Source: a virus. Taken from it: a stretch of 64,000 nucleotides of DNA. The DNA is taken from positions 38,678 through 102,677 of IMG/VR virus record IMGVR_UViG_3300035698_004130; one strand, 5' to 3'. Below, one piece after another: positions 9,132 through 17,014 of this stretch (the stretch's first letter is position 1; each line of letters starts with the position of its first letter). Position numbers and translations under genes: made by a program. Under the pieces are notes generated by a model. That model saw nothing but the letters and a program-made list of their open reading frames with translations. It made no database searches and was not told the DNA's origin.

Positions 9132-10228
9132 AGTTCAAACCTAACTCCATTACCGAAGGAACTGCCGACTTCAATATCAACTTCAAGGGGAGCCTTTAGT
9201 TCGATATTGAAGTTTTTTCGCATGTAGGTATAATTCCTAAGTTCATCAGACATGATTTGAACTGCTTCCCTAGTTTCTTCCTTGGGACACACAATTTCAA
9301 TGGAGTCGTGAACCGTCCCTACTACCTTTCCTCTAAATCCTCTATCCTTAAAAGTCTTCACAATGGATAGTAGACCACAAAGTAGGATATCATTAGCAGG
9401 AGATTGGATGGTAAAGTTCAGTCCCTGCCGGTAGGCTTCCCCCCTAATCTTCTTGAAAGGAGAATTAATGTTTGGAAGATTACGGTATCTACCAAAGATC
9501 GTCTTAGCATAAGCAAACTGCTCAACATACTCCTTAACCGTGTTCATATAGATTGGAACACCAGGGAAAGCTTCCATCCAACTATTGATGATCTCTTCAG
9601 CAGCAGCTTCTGAGATGTTTCTCTTAGCAGCTAGAGTGTATGCTGTTCCACCGTATACCGTAAGGAATGAAACTTCCTTTGCGATCTGCCGTTCTTCAGG
9701 GGTAATATCCTCAGGATCTTTCTTAAACGTAAGAGCAGCAGAGTAGGTATGAAGGTCCACTCCAGACTCAAAGGCTTTAATCATATTCCTTTCATTAGCT
9801 ACATGGGCTAGAACTCTAAGTTCCATTGCCTTCATGTCAACCGTAATGAAATCCCATCCAGTTGGAGCTACGATAAAGTCTCGGATGTTTACAGCAAGGT
9901 CTTTCTTCTCTCTAGGAAGAGTGTGGAAAGATACTCCAATCTTGGAAGCCTTTCCTCCACCCTTTCTAATGTTGGCACCAGAGTTTGATAATCTACCTGT
10001 TACCGTTCCATCAATGTTGTAGTTGGCGTAAATCCTACCATTTTTAGTATTCTCTAGGGATTGCTCCACTCCAACAATATAAGTGTTGTAAAGCTTTGAG
10101 AGTTTCTTAAACTCAGAAAACCTATCAAAGAATAGTTTAGCATCTTTCAACTTATCATCAGAGATAGTTCCCAAAACACTATTGGCGATATCAAGCTCTT
10201 CTTGCTTATTATACTTTTTCGCTGCCAC
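9128..10228 (-). CDS. polA: Family A DNA polymerase, palm/fingers subunit (split gene, part 3)
   Basis: TVTGRLS, motif A DMKAMELRVLAH, DLH, motif B RQIAKEVSFLTVYG, NFTIQS, motif C VHDS. Confidence 0.92.
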   Translation of the reverse strand: MAAKKYNKQEELDIANSVLGTISDDKLKDAKLFFDRFSEFKKLSKLYNTYIVGVEQSLENTKNGRIYANYNIDGTVTGRLSNSGANIRKGGGKASKIGVSFHTLPREKKDLAVNIRDFIVAPTGWDFITVDMKAMELRVLAHVANERNMIKAFESGVDLHTYSAALTFKKDPEDITPEERQIAKEVSFLTVYGGTAYTLAAKRNISEAAAEEIINSWMEAFPGVPIYMNTVKEYVEQFAYAKTIFGRYRNLPNINSPFKKIRGEAYRQGLNFTIQSPANDILLCGLLSIVKTFKDRGFRGKVVGTVHDSIEIVCPKEETREAVQIMSDELRNYTYMRKNFNIELKAPLEVDIEVGSSFGNGVRFEL

Positions 10229-10745
10229 TGAAACCTCTCTTTACATATTCCTTATCAACAAGCTCTTTCATCTTCATTAAAGTTTCATCATTAGTTGCAG
10301 GCTGATCCTTTGTAGTGTAGGCGAATGGATACAGCCCAAATCCAGACTCGTCATTAACTTCCCACTCCTTATCCTTGTTCTTCCTTAAAGAGAATAGAAC
10401 TTGGCACAGTTGCTGGTTTGAGGCAAGGTTCGTCCCCTCAGGGATTCTGGGTGAGGACATTAGGTAACTCTCTACCTCTTGAATCTTCTGTGCCAGTTGA
10501 TCCTTAATCTCTGCCAGCTTATCCGTATCAATAAGCATTCCCTCAAACTCAATATCACGGAAGACTACCGAGAGAGGTGAGATCAAGTTTAGGTATAGAT
10601 TCTCCAGGTTCTTTTTCTGAATCTCTTCGATGAGCTTCGCATAGACCTTTACTGTGTAGTAAGTGTCCATAGCGTTACCCCGAAGGCAAGGCATCATCTC
10701 AATGTTTGCCCAGTCGAACTTGGTGTTGTTTTCAACGGTTAGCAT
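10209..10745 (-). CDS. Family A DNA polymerase, ExoIII plus thumb subunit (split gene, part 2)
   Basis: GNAMDTYYT (ExoIII-like), IEFEGMLID, NLASNQQLCQVLF, PATNDETL thumb motifs. Confidence 0.85.
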   Translation of the reverse strand: MLTVENNTKFDWANIEMMPCLRGNAMDTYYTVKVYAKLIEEIQKKNLENLYLNLISPLSVVFRDIEFEGMLIDTDKLAEIKDQLAQKIQEVESYLMSSPRIPEGTNLASNQQLCQVLFSLRKNKDKEWEVNDESGFGLYPFAYTTKDQPATNDETLMKMKELVDKEYVKRGFSGSEKV

Positions 10746-11797
10746 TACTTGATCTTATCCAGGGGGAAGTAGTAGTAAACTAGGTCTCTCAGACCCTTGG
10801 GAATACCTTCAAGGTAAAGATGTTGCATAAGCTTTGTATCCCACACATGTTTAACGTCTACCACTCCATACCGTAGCAGGAACTTCAAATCGAACGTTGC
10901 ATGTTGGAAGATCTTTCTATTATTGTCGTTTGCCAGGACTAAGGAAACGAACTCCATAATCTTTGCCTTAGTCTTATATGAGAACTTAGCTTCCCTATGA
11001 TCGATAGGCATTGCTACTGTCTTTGCAACAATGATGTTCCCACGCTTAAACTCATCCAAATCCAACATTGAGAAAGAGATGGTATGAAGTCTATGCTCTA
11101 GGAAGTTCAACCCTTCAGTCTCCACATCAACAGCAATGGGAGCTTTTGTGGTATAGAACTCCACATGCTTCTTAATATCCTCTTCGCTTTGAATAATATC
11201 AAAATCAATCGGAACTAGAACATCCTTCTCATTGATGATGCTGTTTACAGCATTCTCAACATCCTTGGAGAAGAGGTAAGCATTCTTTGGTTCAGATACT
11301 ACCTGCCATGGATGCATGACGGATACCAGACTAAAGGTGAAGCCATCCTCTAGTTGCATCTCCTTAGCTTTGCCTCTGACAGTAGTATCCTTCTTATTCT
11401 TACCGTAGAAAATAGTAGTAGCTAGTTTACCACATGCAAATACTAAAGTAGGCTTAAACTGTGCAATGGTGTCTTCCAAGTGAGCCATGCATTTCTTTCT
11501 AGAAATTGGGTCACTAGTGTCCATGGTCATTCCTGGGCACTTCATTGCAGTTGTGAATCCAACCCTATCTGTTGAAATGCCAAGCCTCCTAAGCTCAAGC
11601 TTGATGGCTCGATACTCATTTGGCCTGAAGGCTGTGTAAGAACCCTCATGCATTTTGGGAGCATCGGAGACAAATAAGATCTCTTTTGGTTCCTCGAATT
11701 CGTAGTCTAAAATTGTTCTACGGGGGAGAGGCTTCTTAAGTATAGGGCAACCCTCACACTTAGGATTCTCTTCGTTAAATAACTTATCTAGATCCAT
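10745..11797 (-). CDS. Family A DNA polymerase, UDG4-like domain plus 3'-5' exonuclease ExoI/II (split gene, part 1)
   Basis: CEGC...ILFVSDAP...KC...C...KP.LVFACG...HP (SPO1-type UDG-like domain); AVDVETEGL (ExoI), HATFDLKFL (ExoII), WDTKLM. Confidence 0.85.
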   Translation of the reverse strand: MDLDKLFNEENPKCEGCPILKKPLPRRTILDYEFEEPKEILFVSDAPKMHEGSYTAFRPNEYRAIKLELRRLGISTDRVGFTTAMKCPGMTMDTSDPISRKKCMAHLEDTIAQFKPTLVFACGKLATTIFYGKNKKDTTVRGKAKEMQLEDGFTFSLVSVMHPWQVVSEPKNAYLFSKDVENAVNSIINEKDVLVPIDFDIIQSEEDIKKHVEFYTTKAPIAVDVETEGLNFLEHRLHTISFSMLDLDEFKRGNIIVAKTVAMPIDHREAKFSYKTKAKIMEFVSLVLANDNNRKIFQHATFDLKFLLRYGVVDVKHVWDTKLMQHLYLEGIPKGLRDLVYYYFPLDKIK

Positions 11798-12266
11798 ACA
11801 CGTTTATTAAATCTCTTGCCCATTCCAATAAATCCTCTACTCTTTTCCCAGAAGGTTGGGAAGTAGACCATAACTCAAGATTGGATAAGGTATTATCATC
11901 CCTAATACCATTTTTATGGTGAACATTTTCATTTGGAAGTAATTTTCTTCCAAGATGCTGTTCCATAATAAATCTATGCTCAAGCATATTTTTTACCTTA
12001 CCATTGTCATTAACAGAAAATCTAACATACCCAGCACCAGTTAGATGCTTACCCTTACCAAAGTTTGGATGGGTAATTCCCTTGCGAAGTTTAAAGCACC
12101 CACAAGATTTCTTATTACCTGTGGTTATATGGGAGCCAATGGATTTGAAGGAATCCCCACAGTGACACTTGCACTCCCACACAGCTAGACTCTTCCCTTT
12201 AAAGGAAGAATCGTCTACGACTAAATACTTAATAAAAGTGATTCCATTAACAATTTTACCCACCAA
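11784..12266 (-). CDS. free-standing HNH homing endonuclease
   Basis: [14 protein letters not shown]-terminal domain; [31 protein letters not shown]; start codon uncertain. Confidence 0.9.
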   Translation of the reverse strand: MVGKIVNGITFIKYLVVDDSSFKGKSLAVWECKCHCGDSFKSIGSHITTGNKKSCGCFKLRKGITHPNFGKGKHLTGAGYVRFSVNDNGKVKNMLEHRFIMEQHLGRKLLPNENVHHKNGIRDDNTLSNLELWSTSQPSGKRVEDLLEWARDLINVYGSR

Positions 12267-12353
12267 ATCCTTAACTTTCCTATTTGATTGTCTATACCCA
12301 ATTACACTGAGTATATAATGTAGTAAAAAAGGTTATGGACTTAAGAAGGAAGA

Positions 12354-12362
12354 CTATAATAG
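12354..12362. promoter_or_regulatory. palindromic CTATNATAG element (candidate bidirectional -10)
   Basis: CTATAATAG between divergent HNH and gp55 genes, 5 nt before ATG 12368. Confidence 0.55.
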
Positions 12363-12367
12363 ACCCA

Positions 12368-12724
12368 ATGAGTAACTACATTAATAACAAGAGATTCGAG
12401 GAGCTTATCCAAGAGCGCAAGGCAGGGGATAATACAAACGAAGAGGAGCTTTTCCAATTGTTTGATATGCTCATCGACCGACTAATGGTGACCTACAAAT
12501 TTAAGGTAGATCATGAAGAAGCGAAGCAGGAATGCTTTCTTCTAATCCTAAAGGTGCTAAACAACTTTAAGAAAGAATCAGGGGCAGCATTCAACTACTT
12601 CACTACAGTAATACTAAACAACTTCCGACTCCTCTATACGAAGAATAGAAAGTATGCTGAGAAGATTGAGGCTTACAGGAACATTAAACAAGGTGGCTAT
12701 TCATCTTCTTCAATGGATGAGTAG
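12368..12724 (+). CDS. gp55: Late-transcription sigma factor (T4 gp55-like)
   Basis: NYINNK..F....AFNYFTTVILNNF resembles gp55 region 2; likely start MSNY at 12368 (track starts at 12335). Confidence 0.75.
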   Translation: MSNYINNKRFEELIQERKAGDNTNEEELFQLFDMLIDRLMVTYKFKVDHEEAKQECFLLILKVLNNFKKESGAAFNYFTTVILNNFRLLYTKNRKYAEKIEAYRNIKQGGYSSSSMDE

Positions 12725-12886
12725 AATAGTTTAGGCAGATAACACCAGTGAAGATGTGAACCTCCTACGCGAAATGGCCAATCATCATCCAAGGGACTTC
12801 CACACCATGGAGGTTCCACAATGGGAGTATCAAACCACAACACATTTCCACAGTCTTCATGCCAGTCCCTGTAGTGGAAAGTTTTG

Positions 12887-13270
12887 TTAAACTCCGAGTT
12901 CCGCACTGATCCCACCATTGTATGTTACAATTCTAGGGAAAGCCTTGTGCAAGACTACCAGCATCGGGAGACTGGAGTAGCCTGATAGGCAGGAAGTAGA
13001 AATGGTCTCCTTATATTCCTTGATTGAGGAACGAATCACACCCAAAGCATTTGGGATGTTGAAAGTATCAATCACGTTAACCGCAGACTTAGTAAGTTCC
13101 GGGTGAGTTGAAAGGAGACCTTTAAAGACCTTGCAAGGGTCGTCCCACTCATTTACAATTAAGTAGTAGGATTTGTTCTTCTGCTCAATGTTGTCCTTAA
13201 TCGTTGCATCTAAATGCTTCGAGGACAACATATCGTTCGCAAAGAACTTTGCGGACATTGGGTTACTCAT
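12887..13270 (-). CDS. thioredoxin-fold-like protein with degenerate active site
   Basis: LIVNEWDDPCKVF (cf. WCGPCK), VNVID, SLPMLVVL (cis-Pro strand), YNG. Confidence 0.45.
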   Translation of the reverse strand: MSNPMSAKFFANDMLSSKHLDATIKDNIEQKNKSYYLIVNEWDDPCKVFKGLLSTHPELTKSAVNVIDTFNIPNALGVIRSSIKEYKETISTSCLSGYSSLPMLVVLHKAFPRIVTYNGGISAELGV

Positions 13271-13649
13271 TTGGTGTTTCGGGTGTTGCTTCGTCAGTGA
13301 CAATACTTAGCTTACTCTCTTGAGTAGCGTCTGGAGTTGGGAGGTCACTAAGGGGAATGAAATCAACAGGTGGCGCTTCCTTCTGAGCTTGCTGCTGGGC
13401 TTCCAAAGCTTGCTGTGCTTCAGCACTTTGCATCAGAGCTACAACACGTTCATGCATTGTTTGGCAACCAGCTAGGAAGATTTGCTTCCAAAAGGTTGGC
13501 TCTGGTAGATCCGGTGGTCTGATGCCACTGAAATTCTTAAATGACTGTGCTTCTTCAGCACTCAACTTGATTGTAATCTTCATTCTTCCTCTTGCGCGTT
13601 CGGATACTGAAACTCTTGAATCGTCCAGTTTTAGGTTTGTGCTTTCCAT
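13263..13649 (-). CDS. hypothetical protein, possible ribbon-helix-helix DNA-binding
   Basis: MKITIKLSAEEAQSF strand-helix pattern. Confidence 0.45.
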   Translation of the reverse strand: MESTNLKLDDSRVSVSERARGRMKITIKLSAEEAQSFKNFSGIRPPDLPEPTFWKQIFLAGCQTMHERVVALMQSAEAQQALEAQQQAQKEAPPVDFIPLSDLPTPDATQESKLSIVTDEATPETPNE

Positions 13650-13656
13650 CGGCAGG

Positions 13657-13665
13657 CTATCATAG
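13657..13665. promoter_or_regulatory. palindromic CTATNATAG element (candidate bidirectional -10)
   Basis: CTATCATAG between divergent starts at 13649 and 13682. Confidence 0.55.
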
Positions 13666-13681
13666 TCGTGACGATACCCAT

Positions 13682-14218
13682 ATGAACGATAATTTTGACG
13701 TTAAAGCTCTAGAAAAGGACAAACCTAAGAAGCGGATCAACTCAAGGACCAAGGGGAATACTTTCGAAAGGAAGATCGCAAAGATCTTGAATGAAAGATT
13801 CGATACCAAGGACTTCTGTAGAACCCCAGGAAGTGGTGCATTTGCAACTACCCACACTCTTCCAACATACTTGCAGATTCATGGTGATTTAATCACTCCA
13901 ATAAACTTTAAATATACGATTGAGTGCAAGAAGGGGTATAACAAGGAAGGTTTATGTGAGTTATTTAATAGCAAGTCCAAACTTATCTCTATGATAGCTC
14001 AGGCAAGGCGAGATTCGATGAAGGTTTCTCAATCTTTTTTATTAATTCTTTCTCAAGACCGTAAAGATCCACTAGTTATCACCGATGAGTGCCTAGAGAG
14101 ATTTATAGAAATGGAACAAATCAATGCGTCCTTCTCATGGGGAAAAGTTTCAATCGTAACTCTAAACGACTTTTTGAGTCTTACCGACAGCCACTTCTTT
14201 AATGAAAAGTCTTTGTAA
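13682..14218 (+). CDS. Holliday junction resolvase (Hjc-like PD-(D/E)XK)
   Basis: NSRTKGNTFERKIA...RTPGSGA...GDLI...IECKK. Confidence 0.8.
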   Translation: MNDNFDVKALEKDKPKKRINSRTKGNTFERKIAKILNERFDTKDFCRTPGSGAFATTHTLPTYLQIHGDLITPINFKYTIECKKGYNKEGLCELFNSKSKLISMIAQARRDSMKVSQSFLLILSQDRKDPLVITDECLERFIEMEQINASFSWGKVSIVTLNDFLSLTDSHFFNEKSL

Positions 14219-16339
14219 GAAAGCTTTTTGGGATGACAAGTAGGATTCCATCATTGTCTCCATTCCGGTATCTAGACTCAGCTTTTGGAGCGTCTTAAGG
14301 TCGGTAATACAAAAGATTTTTGTAAAGTAAATTCTAGCCCCTTCGAGGCTATTATTACATATTTCATCTTTTAAATAAACCTTCAAGCTTGTATCCTGAA
14401 CATTGAAGAATATAAAAGTGTTTCCTGTAGCTCTGATATCCCATTCACCTGAGTTAAACAGAAAAGAACTTATAATATCTTTCAATATGGTATTGTAACC
14501 GATCGAGTAGGATTCTGTAGTCTGGATATCTCTGAACTCGGAGATCGTAGAGTCGTCAGCAGACCCAGCAGCTACAAAGAGCTTCATTGCAAGATATTGC
14601 TTGGCTTCTGGAACATTCTTCTTGATATCAGAAATGATCTTCTTGTTCTTTAAGTAGACTGAACAGTATTGTTTGATCTTGTCTTCTAGAAGCTTTCTAT
14701 CATCCTCATCATGATTATGCTGGTATCGCTTTAGAAGTTGAACAAGTTCATACTTGTCATTATTAGCATTCAGTGGATCTCCAACTTCATTGTAGGATGA
14801 GTTAGCGATGAGGTTATCCAGCATAGATCCAATGAAGTTTGTAAATGGGGATACATTCTGCATATTCCCAGTTGAAGCATTCCTTGTCTTCACTCTGCTT
14901 GCTAGTGCTCCAATATCTGCTCCGATCTTCTGAAGTGAATCGGAGTAAGCTTTAACCGTGTTGATGTCCTTTACTCCAGTAATCTCTTGATACTTGAGCA
15001 TGAACCTGTTAGTTGGATCAGTGGTTACTCCAGCTACAAACTTAGATACGTTGTCTAGAGTTGCTACACCTAGGATTGGTTTCTGAATTCCAAGATAGTG
15101 CTTGATGTTGGACTGAGTGTAAAAGGCAGGATGCCCTGCTAGAAGAGCTTCTGAGTGTGTCGCCAGTGTTAATAGTTCAGGTCTATCTTTGAATATGAGT
15201 TCTAGTGGAGCAGACTTAACCATTGAGTTCGTAGAGATGTCTTCCTCTGAGAATCCCATAGTTACAAGAGCTTGCTTGGCCACTTCAAAGTTCTGATATA
15301 CCTCATACGTGTCTGCCATGAATCCCTCACCAGCACCAGACTTTCTAGTGATAATGAAGGAGGGTTTGCGAGCTTCTATATGGCGTTTTGAGGTCTTGAT
15401 GACCTTACCCACTGTCTCGCGTCCTCCAATAGGATCTAGGAGCACTGAGAAGTTCCTGATGGCTTGTGCGTCCTCTGGTTCAAGTGCTGCGCTCTCAAAT
15501 GTGGTCTGCCATTGCACGTAGGACTGATTTACCAAAGCAAGCTTCTGTTTGATGCCTGAATAAAGGGTTCCGGCACTTGATCCAATGGCTTCTGCACCTG
15601 GATGAGCAATCTGTGCTAATCTCTTTTGAGTGTCAATTAGATTGAAGACTGTTAGTGTATCCTGAAGGGAGAGGGCTCTAATTGCCTCGTCAATCCCTGG
15701 ACTTGTTCTGAGCCCAACATTGATTCTCTTAATCTTGATTTGAAATTTGAGAGTAATAGCTCTGGCTATCATCTTCAGGAATCCAATACTATCTTTGAAT
15801 ACTAATCCTGAGTTGGTCACATCCTCAAGGATGGAAACTGTTCCGTCTGAGTTAACCACTAGCATTGAAGTGATCTTGTTTTTCTCATTTTCCCCAATAT
15901 TGTCCTTCGCTAACGCTTCCATGATATCCCTTACGTTCTGAGAAACAATCAGAGAAACCCTTGGGTTGGTCATTTGAGGGAGAGTATCATACTCCTTCGT
16001 CATGGGATTATACTGGATCTTCACCTTCGGTGCTACGATCTGGTTCTCGATGGAAGCGGCACCACCTGTTACGAACTGCGTAAACATTTGGTATTCCTCC
16101 CAAGGTTTGCCCATTAGTAACTTCTTATCAATACCTTCGTATACTCGTGGGATAGAAGTTAAGATATCTTGAAATACTTCCTGCTCAGGAGTCAGGGACA
16201 TTTCTCCCATCATGGGATCTTGTCCCATTGGGTCTTGTTGTGCTTGAGGATCTCCTACAACCTCTTCCTCAATGAGAAGTTTAAGTGTCCTTTTCTTTTG
16301 CTTTGAGTAGCTTTCGAGTAGAGAGGTAAAGAAATCCAT
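14162..16339 (-). CDS. large hypothetical protein, putative internal virion protein
   Basis: 725-aa ORF downstream of the tail tube gene; N-terminus MDFFTSLLE resembles a capsid-targeting leader; CTAAATA upstream. Confidence 0.55.
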   Translation of the reverse strand: MDFFTSLLESYSKQKKRTLKLLIEEEVVGDPQAQQDPMGQDPMMGEMSLTPEQEVFQDILTSIPRVYEGIDKKLLMGKPWEEYQMFTQFVTGGAASIENQIVAPKVKIQYNPMTKEYDTLPQMTNPRVSLIVSQNVRDIMEALAKDNIGENEKNKITSMLVVNSDGTVSILEDVTNSGLVFKDSIGFLKMIARAITLKFQIKIKRINVGLRTSPGIDEAIRALSLQDTLTVFNLIDTQKRLAQIAHPGAEAIGSSAGTLYSGIKQKLALVNQSYVQWQTTFESAALEPEDAQAIRNFSVLLDPIGGRETVGKVIKTSKRHIEARKPSFIITRKSGAGEGFMADTYEVYQNFEVAKQALVTMGFSEEDISTNSMVKSAPLELIFKDRPELLTLATHSEALLAGHPAFYTQSNIKHYLGIQKPILGVATLDNVSKFVAGVTTDPTNRFMLKYQEITGVKDINTVKAYSDSLQKIGADIGALASRVKTRNASTGNMQNVSPFTNFIGSMLDNLIANSSYNEVGDPLNANNDKYELVQLLKRYQHNHDEDDRKLLEDKIKQYCSVYLKNKKIISDIKKNVPEAKQYLAMKLFVAAGSADDSTISEFRDIQTTESYSIGYNTILKDIISSFLFNSGEWDIRATGNTFIFFNVQDTSLKVYLKDEICNNSLEGARIYFTKIFCITDLKTLQKLSLDTGMETMMESYLSSQKAFLQRLFIKEVAVGKTQKVV

Positions 16340-16356
16340 GTTGGTTCAATAGACAA

Positions 16357-16389
16357 ATAGCTTATCCCTAGACTAAGGGAATAAGCTAT
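16357..16389 (-). terminator. stem-loop after tail tube gene
   Basis: ATAGCTTAT-CCCT...AGGG-A-ATAAGCTAT inverted repeat followed by a T-rich tail on the minus strand. Confidence 0.55.
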
Positions 16390-16409
16390 CTTTATTTAGG
16401 TTAGATGTC

Positions 16410-17009
16410 TTACTGATTCTGATCAGAATACTTCCCATAGTCCATGAAGTCCCATCTAAATGTTACCTCAATCGTTGAGAACTCGTTTGTCGAGTAATTC
16501 TTCTCAGAAAACCTTGTTGCCTTGGGGTAGACGCCGTATAGTTCCACATAAGCGTGAGGCTCCAAAGTATTGTCTAACTCAATAATAGTCATCTTATTGG
16601 CCTTGAATCCTCTATTTCCAGGTCCACCAGGAGAAGACAGCTTTGTCATGTCTCCAGTGGTAGGGTCATACATGGATTTGAACCATCCCCATAGTGCAGG
16701 GGAAACACGACTTAAATATTGGTTATCGAATGTGATCGTAACCTCATCTTGCGTAAACTTGCCAGGGTAGTAGAGTCTGTCATTTCCTCTATCCACAACA
16801 ATGTCATCAATTGTTCCTCCCACAGGAGAAACTTGCTTTGCAGCAGCAACCATATCGGTTGTTACCCCAGCAAATTCAGGGGGAAGACCATAGAATCGAC
16901 ATTCAAACTGGAAAGCTCTTACGGAGTCCAGTTGAGTGGAAACCTTAGGTAGAGTCTTACCAGGAGTGAAGTTTGCTCTGAAATCATTTTTTAGAATACT
17001 TTCTACCAT
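16410..17009 (-). CDS. gp19: Tail tube protein (gp19-like)
   Basis: YYPGK...VTITF...WGWF...LYGVYP...EFSTIEVTFRWD; follows the sheath gene. Confidence 0.88.
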   Translation of the reverse strand: MVESILKNDFRANFTPGKTLPKVSTQLDSVRAFQFECRFYGLPPEFAGVTTDMVAAAKQVSPVGGTIDDIVVDRGNDRLYYPGKFTQDEVTITFDNQYLSRVSPALWGWFKSMYDPTTGDMTKLSSPGGPGNRGFKANKMTIIELDNTLEPHAYVELYGVYPKATRFSEKNYSTNEFSTIEVTFRWDFMDYGKYSDQNQ

Positions 17010-17014
17010 AGTGA

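Noticed and set aside
10735-10775. Programmed frameshift fusing polymerase parts 1 and 2
   Set aside because: The -1 frame has a TAA three codons upstream of the ATG and no slippery heptamer in the remaining window; plain TAATG coupling fits better. A +1 shift at junction 2 (GAA AAA G) cannot be excluded, but a GAGG-GTG start is present
1752-11797. Inteins or group I introns in RNR, polymerase or gp46
   Set aside because: No C...HN(C/S/T) intein boundaries or non-coding interruptions seen
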